Positions 52,274-64,000 of a DNA stretch of 64,000 nucleotides are shown piece by piece. The notes below the pieces were generated by a model that saw only the letters and a program-made list of their open reading frames with translations, was not told the DNA's origin and ran no database searches. The DNA lies in NCBI RefSeq assembly GCF_009914755.1, contig NC_060929.1. The stretch is one strand, 5' to 3'. Position numbers and translations under genes: made by a program. Every line of letters starts with the position of its first letter. The stretch's first letter is position 1. The DNA is from the human T2T-CHM13v2.0 reference genome, Homo sapiens.

Positions 52274-53618
52274 CTAGAGGATGTCAAAAATTATCATTTC
52301 TAAATTTAGAAGGGTAATGGGAGAGATACAACTCCTTATCGAAGCACTTATATAATTTGACAAAAGTTCAGTCAGAACAACAAATACAATTTGGAAGTTC
52401 CAAGTTCTAACTATAGATAACTATATTTCTTCGAATAAAGATGTAGTGGGAGGCTTTTAGTAAAGCCGGTCTTGGCCACACCTGCTTTCCTTCTGCAAAG
52501 GGAATGTGAGGTCATAATCTCTGTCATTAAACTCCCATGAAGTCAGACAACATTCGCTGTAATTAATTTCTGTGAGAACAATGGGGCATTAAATGAGGAG
52601 TTCACAGGCATTAACTCTGAAGAAGTTCTGAGGCTTGGTAATAACATTGGAGGAAAGATTTTATATGGAAACCTAAAAAAGCACTTACTAATATACCAAA
52701 TAATATATTAATAAAATACATATATTTTGCATTAACCACCCCTCATTTAAGGGATTCTACCAGGCAATGTTAAGACAATTGAGGCAGCCTGATTTTGTAC
52801 TTGAGGCCCCAGAGCACACTTTTGGATTAAAACCTAACTTGTCACTAAATAGTAGCACAAAAGAAAGAATAATCATGATCCTGGACCTCTTATTATTAGA
52901 TATACCCCCCTGCCTCCCCAACTTCTCTGATCATGCAGGAATTTCAGGAAAGACATGAGAGATATGACGTATTGTCCAAATTTGCTAGAGGCTTGGAGAT
53001 CTAGCCTGTGAACCAGAGACAGAGCCTTCCAGGCACATTCCAAGGCTTGGCCTTACACATAGGGACTGGTCTGATGTCAGAGGAGAACAAGAACTTCAAG
53101 GAATTTCTAGTCCTCCAAATGAGTTACACTATATTGGGACAGCAATGAGATAAGAGCTGGGATGAAAAGAATTTGACAGAGCAAGAGTAGATGCATGATA
53201 GAATAGGTTACAAGGAAGAAAAGATCCGTGTTCAATGGTTAAGTCAATGGGGGCAGGAATTTGGTTTTTGTTGTTCAACACTACATACCCAGTTTCAGGC
53301 CCATAACAAGAGAAATGAATGAATGGGAGAGTGAGTGAGGCTATTTGATCCTTTCTCTTTGTTTCTTTAATCTAGTATTTCCCAATGTATGGAATGCTTC
53401 AACTAGTAATCTGGGACATCATTTTAGGTGGTAATGGTACATTAAACACTCTAAATCAGGTAGAGACAAAGTGTTTCCCCTTTTAATTTCCTAGTATCAA
53501 GGAGAAAAATTTCAGTTTGGTACTAGTAGGCCTTTAACATCTTTCTATTCTTGTTTAAACAGGAGACATGTTCTCAGGGACTGAGCTCCAGGTAACTTTA
53601 TTTAGTTAAAACTATATA

Positions 53619-53964
53619 CAGTCATTTGTCACTTAACAATAAGGATACATTCTGAGAAATGCATTGTGGGTGATTTTGTTGTTTTATGAACATCATGGAA
53701 TGTACTTACACAAATTGAGATGGAATAGCCTACTATACGCCTAGGCTGGATGGTATAGCCTGTTGCTCTGAGGCTACCAACCTACACAGTAAGTTACCGT
53801 ACTGAATACTATAGGCAAATTTAACACAATGGTAACCATTTGTGTATCTAAACATATCTAAACATAGAAAAGGTTCTGTAAAATATAGTATTATAATCTT
53901 CTGGAACCACTATTGTATATGCATTTCATCACTGACCAGAATGTCATTATGCAATGCATGACTG
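53619..53964 (+). mobile_element. Tigger3a (MER7A)
   Basis: cagtcat...atgactg TIRs with TA TSD; 346 bp. Confidence 0.9.
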
Positions 53965-54069
53965 TACTTCATCTGGTTTTTCATCCTATTCATTTTTATA
54001 GTTACCATCTATTTTGGGAAAAAATGATTTTTCTAATTTGGGCTAGTAATGTAAAAATTTCCTTTTAAA

Positions 54070-54368
54070 GGCCAGGCGCAGTGGCTCACGCCTGTAATCC
54101 CAGCACTTTAGGAGGCCAAGGCGGGTGGATCATGCGGTCAGGAGATCGAGACCATCCTGGCTAATACGGTGAAACCCCGTCTCTACTAAAAAATACAAAA
54201 AATTAGCCGGGCATGGTGGTGGGCACCTGTAGTCCCAGCTACTCAGGAGGCTGAGGCAGGAGAATGGCGTGAACCTGGGAGGCGGAGCTTGCAGTGAGCC
54301 AAGATCGCGTCACTGCACTCCAGCCTGGGCGACAGAGTGAGACTCCATCTCAAAAAAAAAAAAAAAAA
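54070..54368 (+). mobile_element. AluY
   Basis: Diagnostic gagaatggcgtgaacc and ggagcttgcag; TSD-like tccttttaaa. Confidence 0.95.
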
Positions 54369-55854
54369 AATCCTTTTAAAATAATTTATTTAAAACACAA
54401 AATTTAGTTGACTTAAAAGAAAAACATTAGGTAAATAATAAAGTCATGTGTATCTATGAGGCTAATCAGATGATGATACTCAAATGAATTAAATTTGGCA
54501 AGCTGCATTCTAATCGCCCTGGACTCCCTACGGTCTTTAGGTCTCCACTGCTACGACAACAATAAAGATCTAAAGCAGCTGTTCAGCTTTGGGTGGACCA
54601 CACAGAGCCATCCCCAGGAGACACAGCAACCTGAGACAACAGTCAGTCAAACAAATGTAAACATAATCTTCAGTGTCCTGGTGAGCAACTTAAATGCAAA
54701 TGCAAAAACTCCATTTCCCAAAATCTGCCATCAATTTTATATTCTTATAGAGAAAGATGCCTGTAACTGTCCCTTCATTTGACTCCCCACTATTAAGCTC
54801 ATTTAGAAATAAATACTAAGCTACTAAGGTAATGAATTCATGGTAAGAAGAAAGAGAAATGATAAATTTAAAAGCCAAAAATCAATGAGAAGTTCTGTTA
54901 GGTCCTACAAATTCTTTTGGATGATCATAATTTTAATTCTGTTACAGGCAAATGGTAGCTCTCACACTAAATTCAGCAACAGCTTGCAATATGTAAATTA
55001 GGAGCCCAAAGTTCTTGAACTAACTTGCAAAGGTAGTATTAGTTGCTAATAGATGACATTTAATTTCTGACTTTCAGAACTCAAGATTAAAATAAGGGCT
55101 AAATTAGAGCTGAGGTTCCTTAAGCGGCTGCTAATAGCCTATGTCATTGAAGAGTTACTAAAAATACTGATTAAGTACATGAGAGATTTTTTTGTGTGTG
55201 TTTAACCAAGCACAACTTGATTTTCATAGTACAATATTTAAAAATAAAATAACAAAATAAAATCTGTACATTAAGTCATCAACCTGGATCCTCATTTTCT
55301 TCTTCCTTTTTTTTTTTTTTACAAAGAATTCCTTAGTCCGCTGGCCTCTACAAGCATGTACAAACACTGACGGAATCATAATCTAAAAGGAAGAGAGACA
55401 CTATCAGAATTTTTTTCATTCTTAATAATTCATTTTACCTGAATCTTTTGTTTCTCCTTCTTCCTCTAATTTTGTTGGCTTTTAGCCAATTCACAATAAT
55501 TAAGACTTTGATGTTGAGGCCAAGAGGGAACTGGCAAAAAGTAAAACTCATTCATCAATGTAACTCAGTAATTCTCACCTCTCATATTATGACATAGCCA
55601 CCAGAAGCTACTGCAACAACTTCCTTAATAGCTCAGAACAACAAGAATACCTAATAACATACATGCTTCAAATCCAGAGTCATGGCAATATTTTTTTCTA
55701 TTTTAAATAAGTCATGCTAATGTTGAAATGCTAACTGTGAAATTCTTTACCTCACATGGGTGCCATTGTTTAATACAGTAACTCCTACAAATATACTTTG
55801 AGCTTCCTGTAAAGTGACATGTAAATAAAGCATTATTGCCATAACATCTCCCTT

Positions 55855-55975
55855 AATGATTTAGAAAAGGCAGTAAATAGCAAGCTGATGGAATCACAGA
55901 TGGTACTAAATTGAGACGTGTTGCAAACATCAGTAAAGGCAGAAAAAATTATGCAAAAAGGACCTAAAGTGCTTA
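55855..55975 (+). mobile_element. L3/CR1 reverse-transcriptase fragment
   Basis: NDLEKAVNSKLME/TDGTKLRRVAN...QKDL resembles CR1 (K)FADDTKL..V....Q.DL. Confidence 0.65.
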
Positions 55976-56958
55976 AAATAAGACCAAAACATTTCTAACA
56001 TTATGGGAAAAAGAAAATGACTTTTTTAAAGAGTGTCCGAAATATGCTGTCCAGCATAGATGCTACAACCAACAGGTAAAAAACATGCCAGCCAGAATTG
56101 TTTTCATTTCTTTGAAACAAACTAACATGCCAATGTGCTCTGAATAGGGATTGGTAGTCACATAAATATAATACTTACAATAAACAGTAAAGAAAAACCA
56201 CTGTGATTTCATTAAAAAGTGCCAATGAAAAGTTCAGTTTGGTATGTCTGTAACTTCGAAAGAACACAGAGTTCCATTTAGGAAGAGTATTCCAAGTAAA
56301 CCTGTTTCATCCTAAGCATTTTCATAAGCCTAAATTTGCCTCCCACTTGGGCAGAGCCATCTGTCTGGGCAGGTTTTGCACAGGGACCGAAACAGAAAGA
56401 AGGCATCTTATAGGGGCTTGTGCTTGGGGTTGCAGGTGGCTTTGAGTTTGTCCTCTACTTCCCATGGTGACAAATGGGGCACATGAGATATGTGGTTATA
56501 AATACAGTCTGTAATGGTAGTGACAGAATAAAGCAGACTGACATCACCACTACCATGCTTCTCTCTTTTATGCTCTAACCTGTACCTTTTGCAAAATTTA
56601 GCCTCATGTTTAATATCAAAACATTTTAATGTCAAAACGTATGTATTCTCTCTTGGCTCCCACTATACCTGTTGGTTGTTTCATCTGTTGAGGTGACAGA
56701 CAATAGTTGCTGAATGTAAGGTCTTGATGAATCCAGCATGGGTTTTCTCTTTTTTCAGGAGCCAGGCTCATTCACCCGTTCTTACCCAACCAAATTCTCT
56801 AATCACTGAAGTCCAACACATGAAATCTTACTGGAAAACAGTCTTTCAATGCTGTTGTGGACCTGAGAACATACCGTCAAACTTTATTATCCTGAGGAAT
56901 TTATTTACACAGAAAATTGTTTTACAAGTGATCAAAAAGAAAAACACTTTTATGTATC

Positions 56959-57381
56959 TGTCAGAGTAACCCTAGACCCTAAAAATGGGTCTAGATGGAG
57001 TAACTGAAAATAAACTGATTAAATACTATCATTTATTTCTCTTTCAAACAAATAAAAAGACTGGAGGTAATCAGCCCAGGTCTGGGATGGCACCCCATGA
57101 GGTCAGGCACCCAGGTTCCATCTACCTGGTTGCTTTGCCATCCTCAGCACGCAGCTTCCACCTAGCAGTCCCTGATGGCTGCCTGCCTTCTTCTCTCCAC
57201 ACTGCAGTCCATTGGCTAGAACCTAGTCACATGGCTATGCCTAGCTGCAAGCCAACTAGAAAACAAAGTCTTTATTCCAGGAATCCATGTGCCCAGGTAA
57301 AAATTAGGGATTCTGTTATATCTATACTGAATTAAAAAAGAGAGACTAGATACTGGAGGACAATTAGCAGTCTCTGCTTCA
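56959..57381 (-). mobile_element. MLT1J-like LTR
   Basis: cattggctagaacctagtcacatggc..cctagctgcaag; ttagcagtctctgc end. Confidence 0.75.
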
Positions 57382-57799
57382 ATTAAGAATCATATTTTAA
57401 TAGTCAAAGCTTGCTAATTTTAAAGATTCTTTCAGCATTTATCCTTGGTTAACAAAATACACATTGATACCTAATTGTTTATTCAACACAGTTTACTTGA
57501 GTTTGATATCTGAACAAAATTTCCTAATTTTTCCTTCAACTTTTAAAGAATTCTGCTTCATGGTTTTACAGTTTGTTTCCTGTAAGGATGTCATTTCTGC
57601 TATCACAAAATGTAAAACATTTATGAAATTATAAAAAGTAAACTTTAAGACTTTCCCTTTTTCTATGCAGGCCTTACTTTTTTAAAGATAGAATTTTAGG
57701 ACCAGTTAAAATTATCACTTTAGTAAGGAATATTTTAAACATTTTAGTCACATAAACAGTTTTATGTATATCTGTTCACATTTTAAAAGCACATAATTA

Positions 57800-58445
<646 letters not shown>

Positions 58446-59477
58446 ATAAAATAAAACAAAATAAAATCATCGTCACACCCCTCTTTAAGGGGGAGTGGAC
58501 CAGGTACATTTTGCTTAACAAATGGCTCATGGTCATTATAATTGTTAACCAGGAACATTAATTAATTGTGTTAATCATTATTATTTAATTACTAACAATA
58601 ACTCCACAAGTCTCTTTTGTATATTTCTTGAAACTGGAAAAATTATGGCAATAATAGAAAATCTAAATTTGGAAAAAAATAACTAGCGGACTCAAAGGGA
58701 AGGAACACCAAACACTGCAACATTCAGAAGGGATTTTCCTTGGGTCTAACAGAGAGGATTACAGTTCCCTCTTCAATGTTAACTTGAGCCTCAGTCTAAA
58801 AGTTACTTCTGAAGTCTTTAAGCTGTGACCTGAATTGTCCCTACAACTGTTTATCTGTGTGTTTTTTAAGAAGGTCATACCAAACATTTATGATCAGCTC
58901 AAATAGAAACATTTTCTGTTTTTCTAGACTATTTTCATAGTAAACAATGAGGCTATTTGAAAAACATTTCTAAGAAATGTACTTAAATAACAGGAAACCC
59001 CATGCCAACTTTGGGAAATACAGTACAAATAGGGGAAACTCCAATCCCTAGCAACAATGGAAATGCAATGTCTCTGGTGGTGTCAACTGCCATAAAGGGC
59101 ATGTTACGGAATTTCACTCCACAATCACAGTGGGCCCTGGAATAACTGAGTACTGGGCAGGCCTGAAGGGAGGTAGCCATCACTGCCTGGAATAAGGTTT
59201 CTAGGATATGCAGCAGCTTCTTATATACCCACAGAGATGGGAATTAGTCTTCTACACACCTTCATCTGTTGGGCCTGATAAAACCAAAAGAAATTCCAAG
59301 ATTCATTCGTGCCTTGTCAATATCTAAGGGGATATTTACATTTAATGTTAGCAAATATTGCATAGTACTCTAACACATCCCAAAGAATCAGTCCACCATC
59401 CAATTTCTCTGCATTTAAACAACTGTCATGAAACTGACTAAGATAGTCAACAATATTTTAGGTGCACACAGACTGTC

Positions 59478-59780
59478 TTTTTTTTTTTTTTTTTTGAGAC
59501 AGGGTTTCACTGTGTCCCCCAGGCTGGAATGCAGTGGCATGATCACAGCTCACTGCAGCCTTGACCTGCAGGGCTCAAATGATCCTCCTACCTCAGCCCC
59601 CTGAGTAGCTGGAAGTATAGGAATGCACCACCACATTCAGCTAATTTTATTTTATTTTTCATAGAAATGTGGTTTCACTATGTTGCCCAGGCTGGTCTTG
59701 AACTCATGGGCTAAAGCAATCTTCCTGCTTCAGTCTCCCAAAGTGCTGGGGATTACAAGCATGAGCCACCACACCCAGCC
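59478..59780 (-). mobile_element. AluJ
   Basis: Reverse Alu with AluJ features. Confidence 0.93.
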
Positions 59781-60965
59781 TAGGCTGCCTCTTTAACACC
59801 CCCAATCATTTGTTTTCTTCCTGAACAGCTACTCAATTCAAGTGTTCAAAGAGCAAAGTACAAGTCTTTAACTTATCAATTGAGAAATTACTTTTTTCAG
59901 CCTCTCTGCCATGTATAAATGACAACATGCACCAGAACATGTTCCTGAAGGGTAATAAAGAACATATTAAGAGGCTTTTGCTGGAAATAGAATATAAAGT
60001 AAAACCTAAAGATTAAACCAATCAACCACAGAGATTTTTTTTCTTTTAGCTTACAAAAATAAATTTCTCATCATTTCTCAGATAAGCATGCAAAAATAGC
60101 TCATAGGTGTCTCATACCAGTAGAATAATGAGCTCTTACATGTTAATGTTTCCTCTGGATTCTCCATGGACTCAGCCTACTATTAATAATACCTGACAGC
60201 CCACTTACTGGCTACCATTTTAAAAGAATCTTCTAAAAGCATGGCAGTTAAAAAATCATTTATTCATGACCTGACACAGGTGTCAGCAGTATAGGCCTCA
60301 GAGATGTTAGAATAATTCAGCTGATTTCCCTCTTAACATTTTCATAATAAATTGGACATCTCCCAACTCCAGACAGTAATGGCTTCTGACCCAGGCTATA
60401 GGAACATACAAGGAACTTTACAATACCAGCTCCAAAAGAGATTAGATGCTAACAAATATGCATACCCTTCCCAAACCAGGAGCAAATGAATAATGAAAAT
60501 AAAGAATATATATCCATTGTCCTATACTATTATGTAGGCCTTAAGATTCCAAGAATGGTCAATGTCCCAAGTTCAAGTGGGAAAGAACATTTTACTCTTC
60601 CCCTTCCACTTTACATTCCACTGAGAGGTTACAGTGCTTGCTGCTGCCTTCCCGTCTTTCCTCAGGGTTTCATCTCTCTCCTTTACATCTTCTTGCTCCG
60701 TTCTGGGTTTTCCTTTGTGTCTAAGGACATTTCCCTCTCCATTCCCTCCCACCTAGTCTGTCCCCATACCCTCTTCTCTCCATCTCCCTTCCTCCCTCCC
60801 TTTTGTTTGACTTTAGAAGATATTTTAATGTAAATATGTATTTCATTAAAATGAGGGGAGAGAGATTCCAGAATCATTAGATAATTTGCTCTTAATTTTT
60901 TTCTGATGCATGACCTGTTTTGTGACCCTATTCCCTAAGAGATGGATGAAAGTATATCATCTCTA

Positions 60966-61142
60966 ATTTTATTTTTTAAATTTCCACAGGTGTTGGGGGA
61001 ACAAGTGGTATTTGGTTACATAAGTTCTTTCGCGGTGACTTGTGAGATTTTGGTGCACCCATCACCACTGAACCCAATTTGTAGCCTTTTATTATCCCTC
61101 ACCCCCTTCCCACCATTTCCTCCCAAGTCCCCAAAGTCCATT
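60966..61142 (-). mobile_element. L1PB 3'UTR fragment
   Basis: tgtgagattttggtgcacccatcacc; agtccccaaagtccatt. Confidence 0.85.
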
Positions 61143-62779
61143 TTCCCTCCCTCTTTACCCCACCTCTCTGACCTCGCCATAATCTGGACCCAAGGATATT
61201 TATTGTTAATGTGTTTGTTCTTGTTTTTTGGGGGAAAGCATGTTGTATATATTTAAATAGAGTATTGTGGCTACGTTAATTTTTTTAATTATTTAATTGA
61301 AAGAGAACCTCCTCTTCTGAGTTCGCCTCCCTCTGCCTTGAACATGTATTTTAGTCCACTAAGCAATACCAAAGAATACTTAAATGAGCAAAACTAAGTG
61401 AGCAAAAATAGTATGAAGAATCTCTGTGTGACAGGTGCAGGATTTTTCATTTTCGGAGTAAATCTTGGTAAGTGGCCACACATCCACTGCCAATGCTTTC
61501 TGTAATTCTTCTCCCAGTCAACTAAGCTCTCTGTCACAATTTACTGCTCTCTCAGAACACCTTTTTTTTTTTAACTTGCCAACTATGGAGGGCTCCTTTC
61601 TCTATTTTCCATGAGAATATTTTGTTTAAGTTCACAGATGTGGGATTTTTCTCTTTTTGAAAATATTTACTGTTAAGTAAAAATGCAACTTTTTAAAGGA
61701 AGAAAATCCAAATGTTCACCAAAACCTAACTGGCATTAAAAGAACAGTCCCATTTTAAACTATGTTGATATCAAGATAGAGGTGAAGCAAAAAAAAAAAT
61801 TTATTTGAGGTTACTTTCCACATGAGGTCAAGAAAGAACCCTTCATTTCCTGAAGCAATTAACAAAACAGCTATGCAATATCAGATAAAGGGGAGACTAC
61901 AAAATACAACGGGATTTTAGGCCCCTCAAAAAGAAAAGATTACATTCCATACAGAGAGGAGATGCTGGATGAAAAGCTCTCATCCAGACCCCTCTCCCAG
62001 CCTCTGTCAGCCTCTTAGACAAATAGACTCAGGCCCATTAAGCCTTGGAGGCCACCGAGGCAGAATTTGATTTATTTATTTAGTTTTAAGAAAAAATAAG
62101 AACCTGACACTTTAAATCCTGCTACAACTGGTAAATTCAAGCTCAGAAGATGTGATTAGGCTATGTCTCATGTGTCTTCTCAGCTCTTTTTTTCTGCCTT
62201 ATTCCCAATCCCCCCGAAATTAAAGCAGAACAGACATCGTGACTGTTTAATCACAACACCTTATAGTTATGTCCTGAAAGATCATGGTTAACATTAGTGA
62301 AAGAAAAGCTTGGGATGTGTGTAGTTGTTCTGCTCCAGTATAAATGGAAAGCTTAAACTATTTTTCTAGCCCTAATAGAATCAATCATCACCCATTTCAC
62401 GATGAAACCCAAGACAAAGCTCAGAACCTAAACAGCCTTCAGAATTCAGAAAAGATAAACGGGAGAAATGAGAGCAGTCAAAGAGAGATCAGATTTCCAT
62501 CTGAGACAGACTTGGTATTAGCTAAAAGGCAACTTTATAGGAATCATAGGAATCATAACAAATAGTTTATAACATCTTCTAGAATCAGGGCACATGTACA
62601 ATTGTCTCAGAGTAATATTATTTCCTTTCTAGTGACAGGCTGTGTCTACATAGCTTTCTGAAGATGGGGGAGCTTAATGGAAAGATGTTTTACAATACAT
62701 GTCATACTACTTTTTTATCACTAGGTCATTACCTTATATTAACATTATGAATTAACAAATTGTTGCTTAAAAAAAAGGA

Positions 62780-63260
62780 TGCAAAGCATTTATCAAACTG
62801 TAAAAAATACAAAGAAATATAAAGTATGTCTCTGCCCTCTAAAAGCTTATTATCTAGTTGGGTGGAAAGTTTAGTGTGCATAAACTAAAATAGCTCAGAA
62901 AATGCAAGCTTGAAGAGCTCAGAAGTCAGGATCATGTTTTTATACATTAAAATACTTAAATTATACTATATATCAGACACTAGGATAAGCACTTTTGCTT
63001 ATAAAAAATGCTATTATAGTAGTTCAAACAAAAGGCACCAAAAAATGGAGAGATTTCCAATAAGTTGATCAGAGATAACCTCAGGAATAAAATGATGTTT
63101 GAGACTTTGAAGAAAAGGCAAGATTTAAGAGAATTCAAAGAGAAGATGCCCTTAGTTGAAGAAATGGCACATCCAAAAGAACAAGAACAACAACAACAAA
63201 AAACAATGAATATTTAGGAATTAACTAGTTCAGTTTGTCCAGCACAGGGCATTTGTAACA
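62780..63260 (-). mobile_element. L2 fragments
   Basis: tctctgccctc.aaagcttattatctagt; tagttcagtttg motifs. Confidence 0.5.
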
Positions 63261-63440
63261 AGCTAAATTTTATACACTCTGAAATGAGGTTCTGGACATA
63301 CTGCCAATACCAGATGGGAGTAGAGATGTAATTTAAGAATCAATCTTATAGAGGAAGAAAGAGAGAAACGTAAAAGTTATCCAAGGGGAAAGATAAGCGA
63401 GTTTGGGCCAAAAACTTAGAAAAACTTCCATGCAGCCAAA

Positions 63441-63470
<30 letters not shown>
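63441..63470 (+). repeat. (GA)n microsatellite
   Basis: Direct inspection. Confidence 0.9.
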
Positions 63471-63471
<1 letters not shown>

Positions 63472-63569
63472 CAAATGAGACAGTTCCATGGGGTCACCAG
63501 GGAAGGTTTGTCAAAATATATAAAATTTTAGCTGAGTCTTAAGGAGTGAGGAGAACCCAAATTAGTAGA

Positions 63570-63995
63570 TAATATGGTTTGGATCTGTGTCTTTCTCCAC
63601 CAAATCTCATGATTGTAATCCCCAATGTTGGAGGTAGGGCCTGGTGGGAGGTGATTAAATCATGGGGCAGATTTCTCATAAGTGGTTTAGCACCATCCTC
63701 CTTGGTACCCTCGTCCCGATAGTGAACAAGTCCTTGTGAGATCTGGTTGGTTAAAAGTGTGTAGCACCTCCCCGCAACTCTCTCTCTTGTTCCTGCTTTC
63801 ACCATGTGAAGTGCCTGCTCCCTCTTCGCCTTCTGCTATGATTATGTTTCCTGAGGCCTCCCCAGAAGCCGAGCAGATGCCAGCCTCATGCTTCCTGTAC
63901 AGCGTGAAGAACTGTGAGCCAATTAAGCCTCTTTTGTTTATAAATTACCCAGTCTCAGGTATTTCTTTGTAGCAATGCAAGAATGAACTAATATA
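63570..63995 (+). mobile_element. MSTA solo LTR (MaLR)
   Basis: Consensus-like body; 5-bp TSD gtaga at 63565-63569 and 63996-64000. Confidence 0.92.
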
Positions 63996-64000
63996 GTAGA

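Larger units (their letters stand above)
53372..54505. mobile_element. Degenerate hAT-Charlie-like element hosting Tigger3a and AluY
   Basis: TIR-like ends tagtatttcccaat / aatttggcaagctg; attttaggtggta motif. Confidence 0.4.

Overview
Primate (hominoid-like) genomic DNA, about 60% interspersed repeats (L1, Alu, ERV/MaLR LTRs, Tigger/hAT, MIR, L2, CR1). There is no intact protein-coding gene; all long ORFs in the track are L1-derived. The main result is in the unique DNA between the repeats. A chain of 12-14 minus-strand segments (52273 down to about 9600) is bounded by AG/GT splice signals, and most junctions are phase-compatible. Spliced and translated through stops and frameshifts, the chain gives a DUF3715 (pseudo-PARP) domain, a SPOC domain and a helical segment, in the order found in the HUSH subunit TASOR and partly in TEX15. 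I read this as a long-dead, intron-containing TASOR/TEX15-family paralogue. The homology call is by eye against motifs recalled from memory and needs an HMM search. Other notable structures: two neighbouring young L1s share many non-consensus substitutions (probable gene conversion), a twin-primed L1, a full-length L1MA2-like element in the gene's sense orientation, and a two-donor templated insertion inside an L1PB. Repeat subfamily names are from recalled consensus features, and boundaries without TSDs are approximate.
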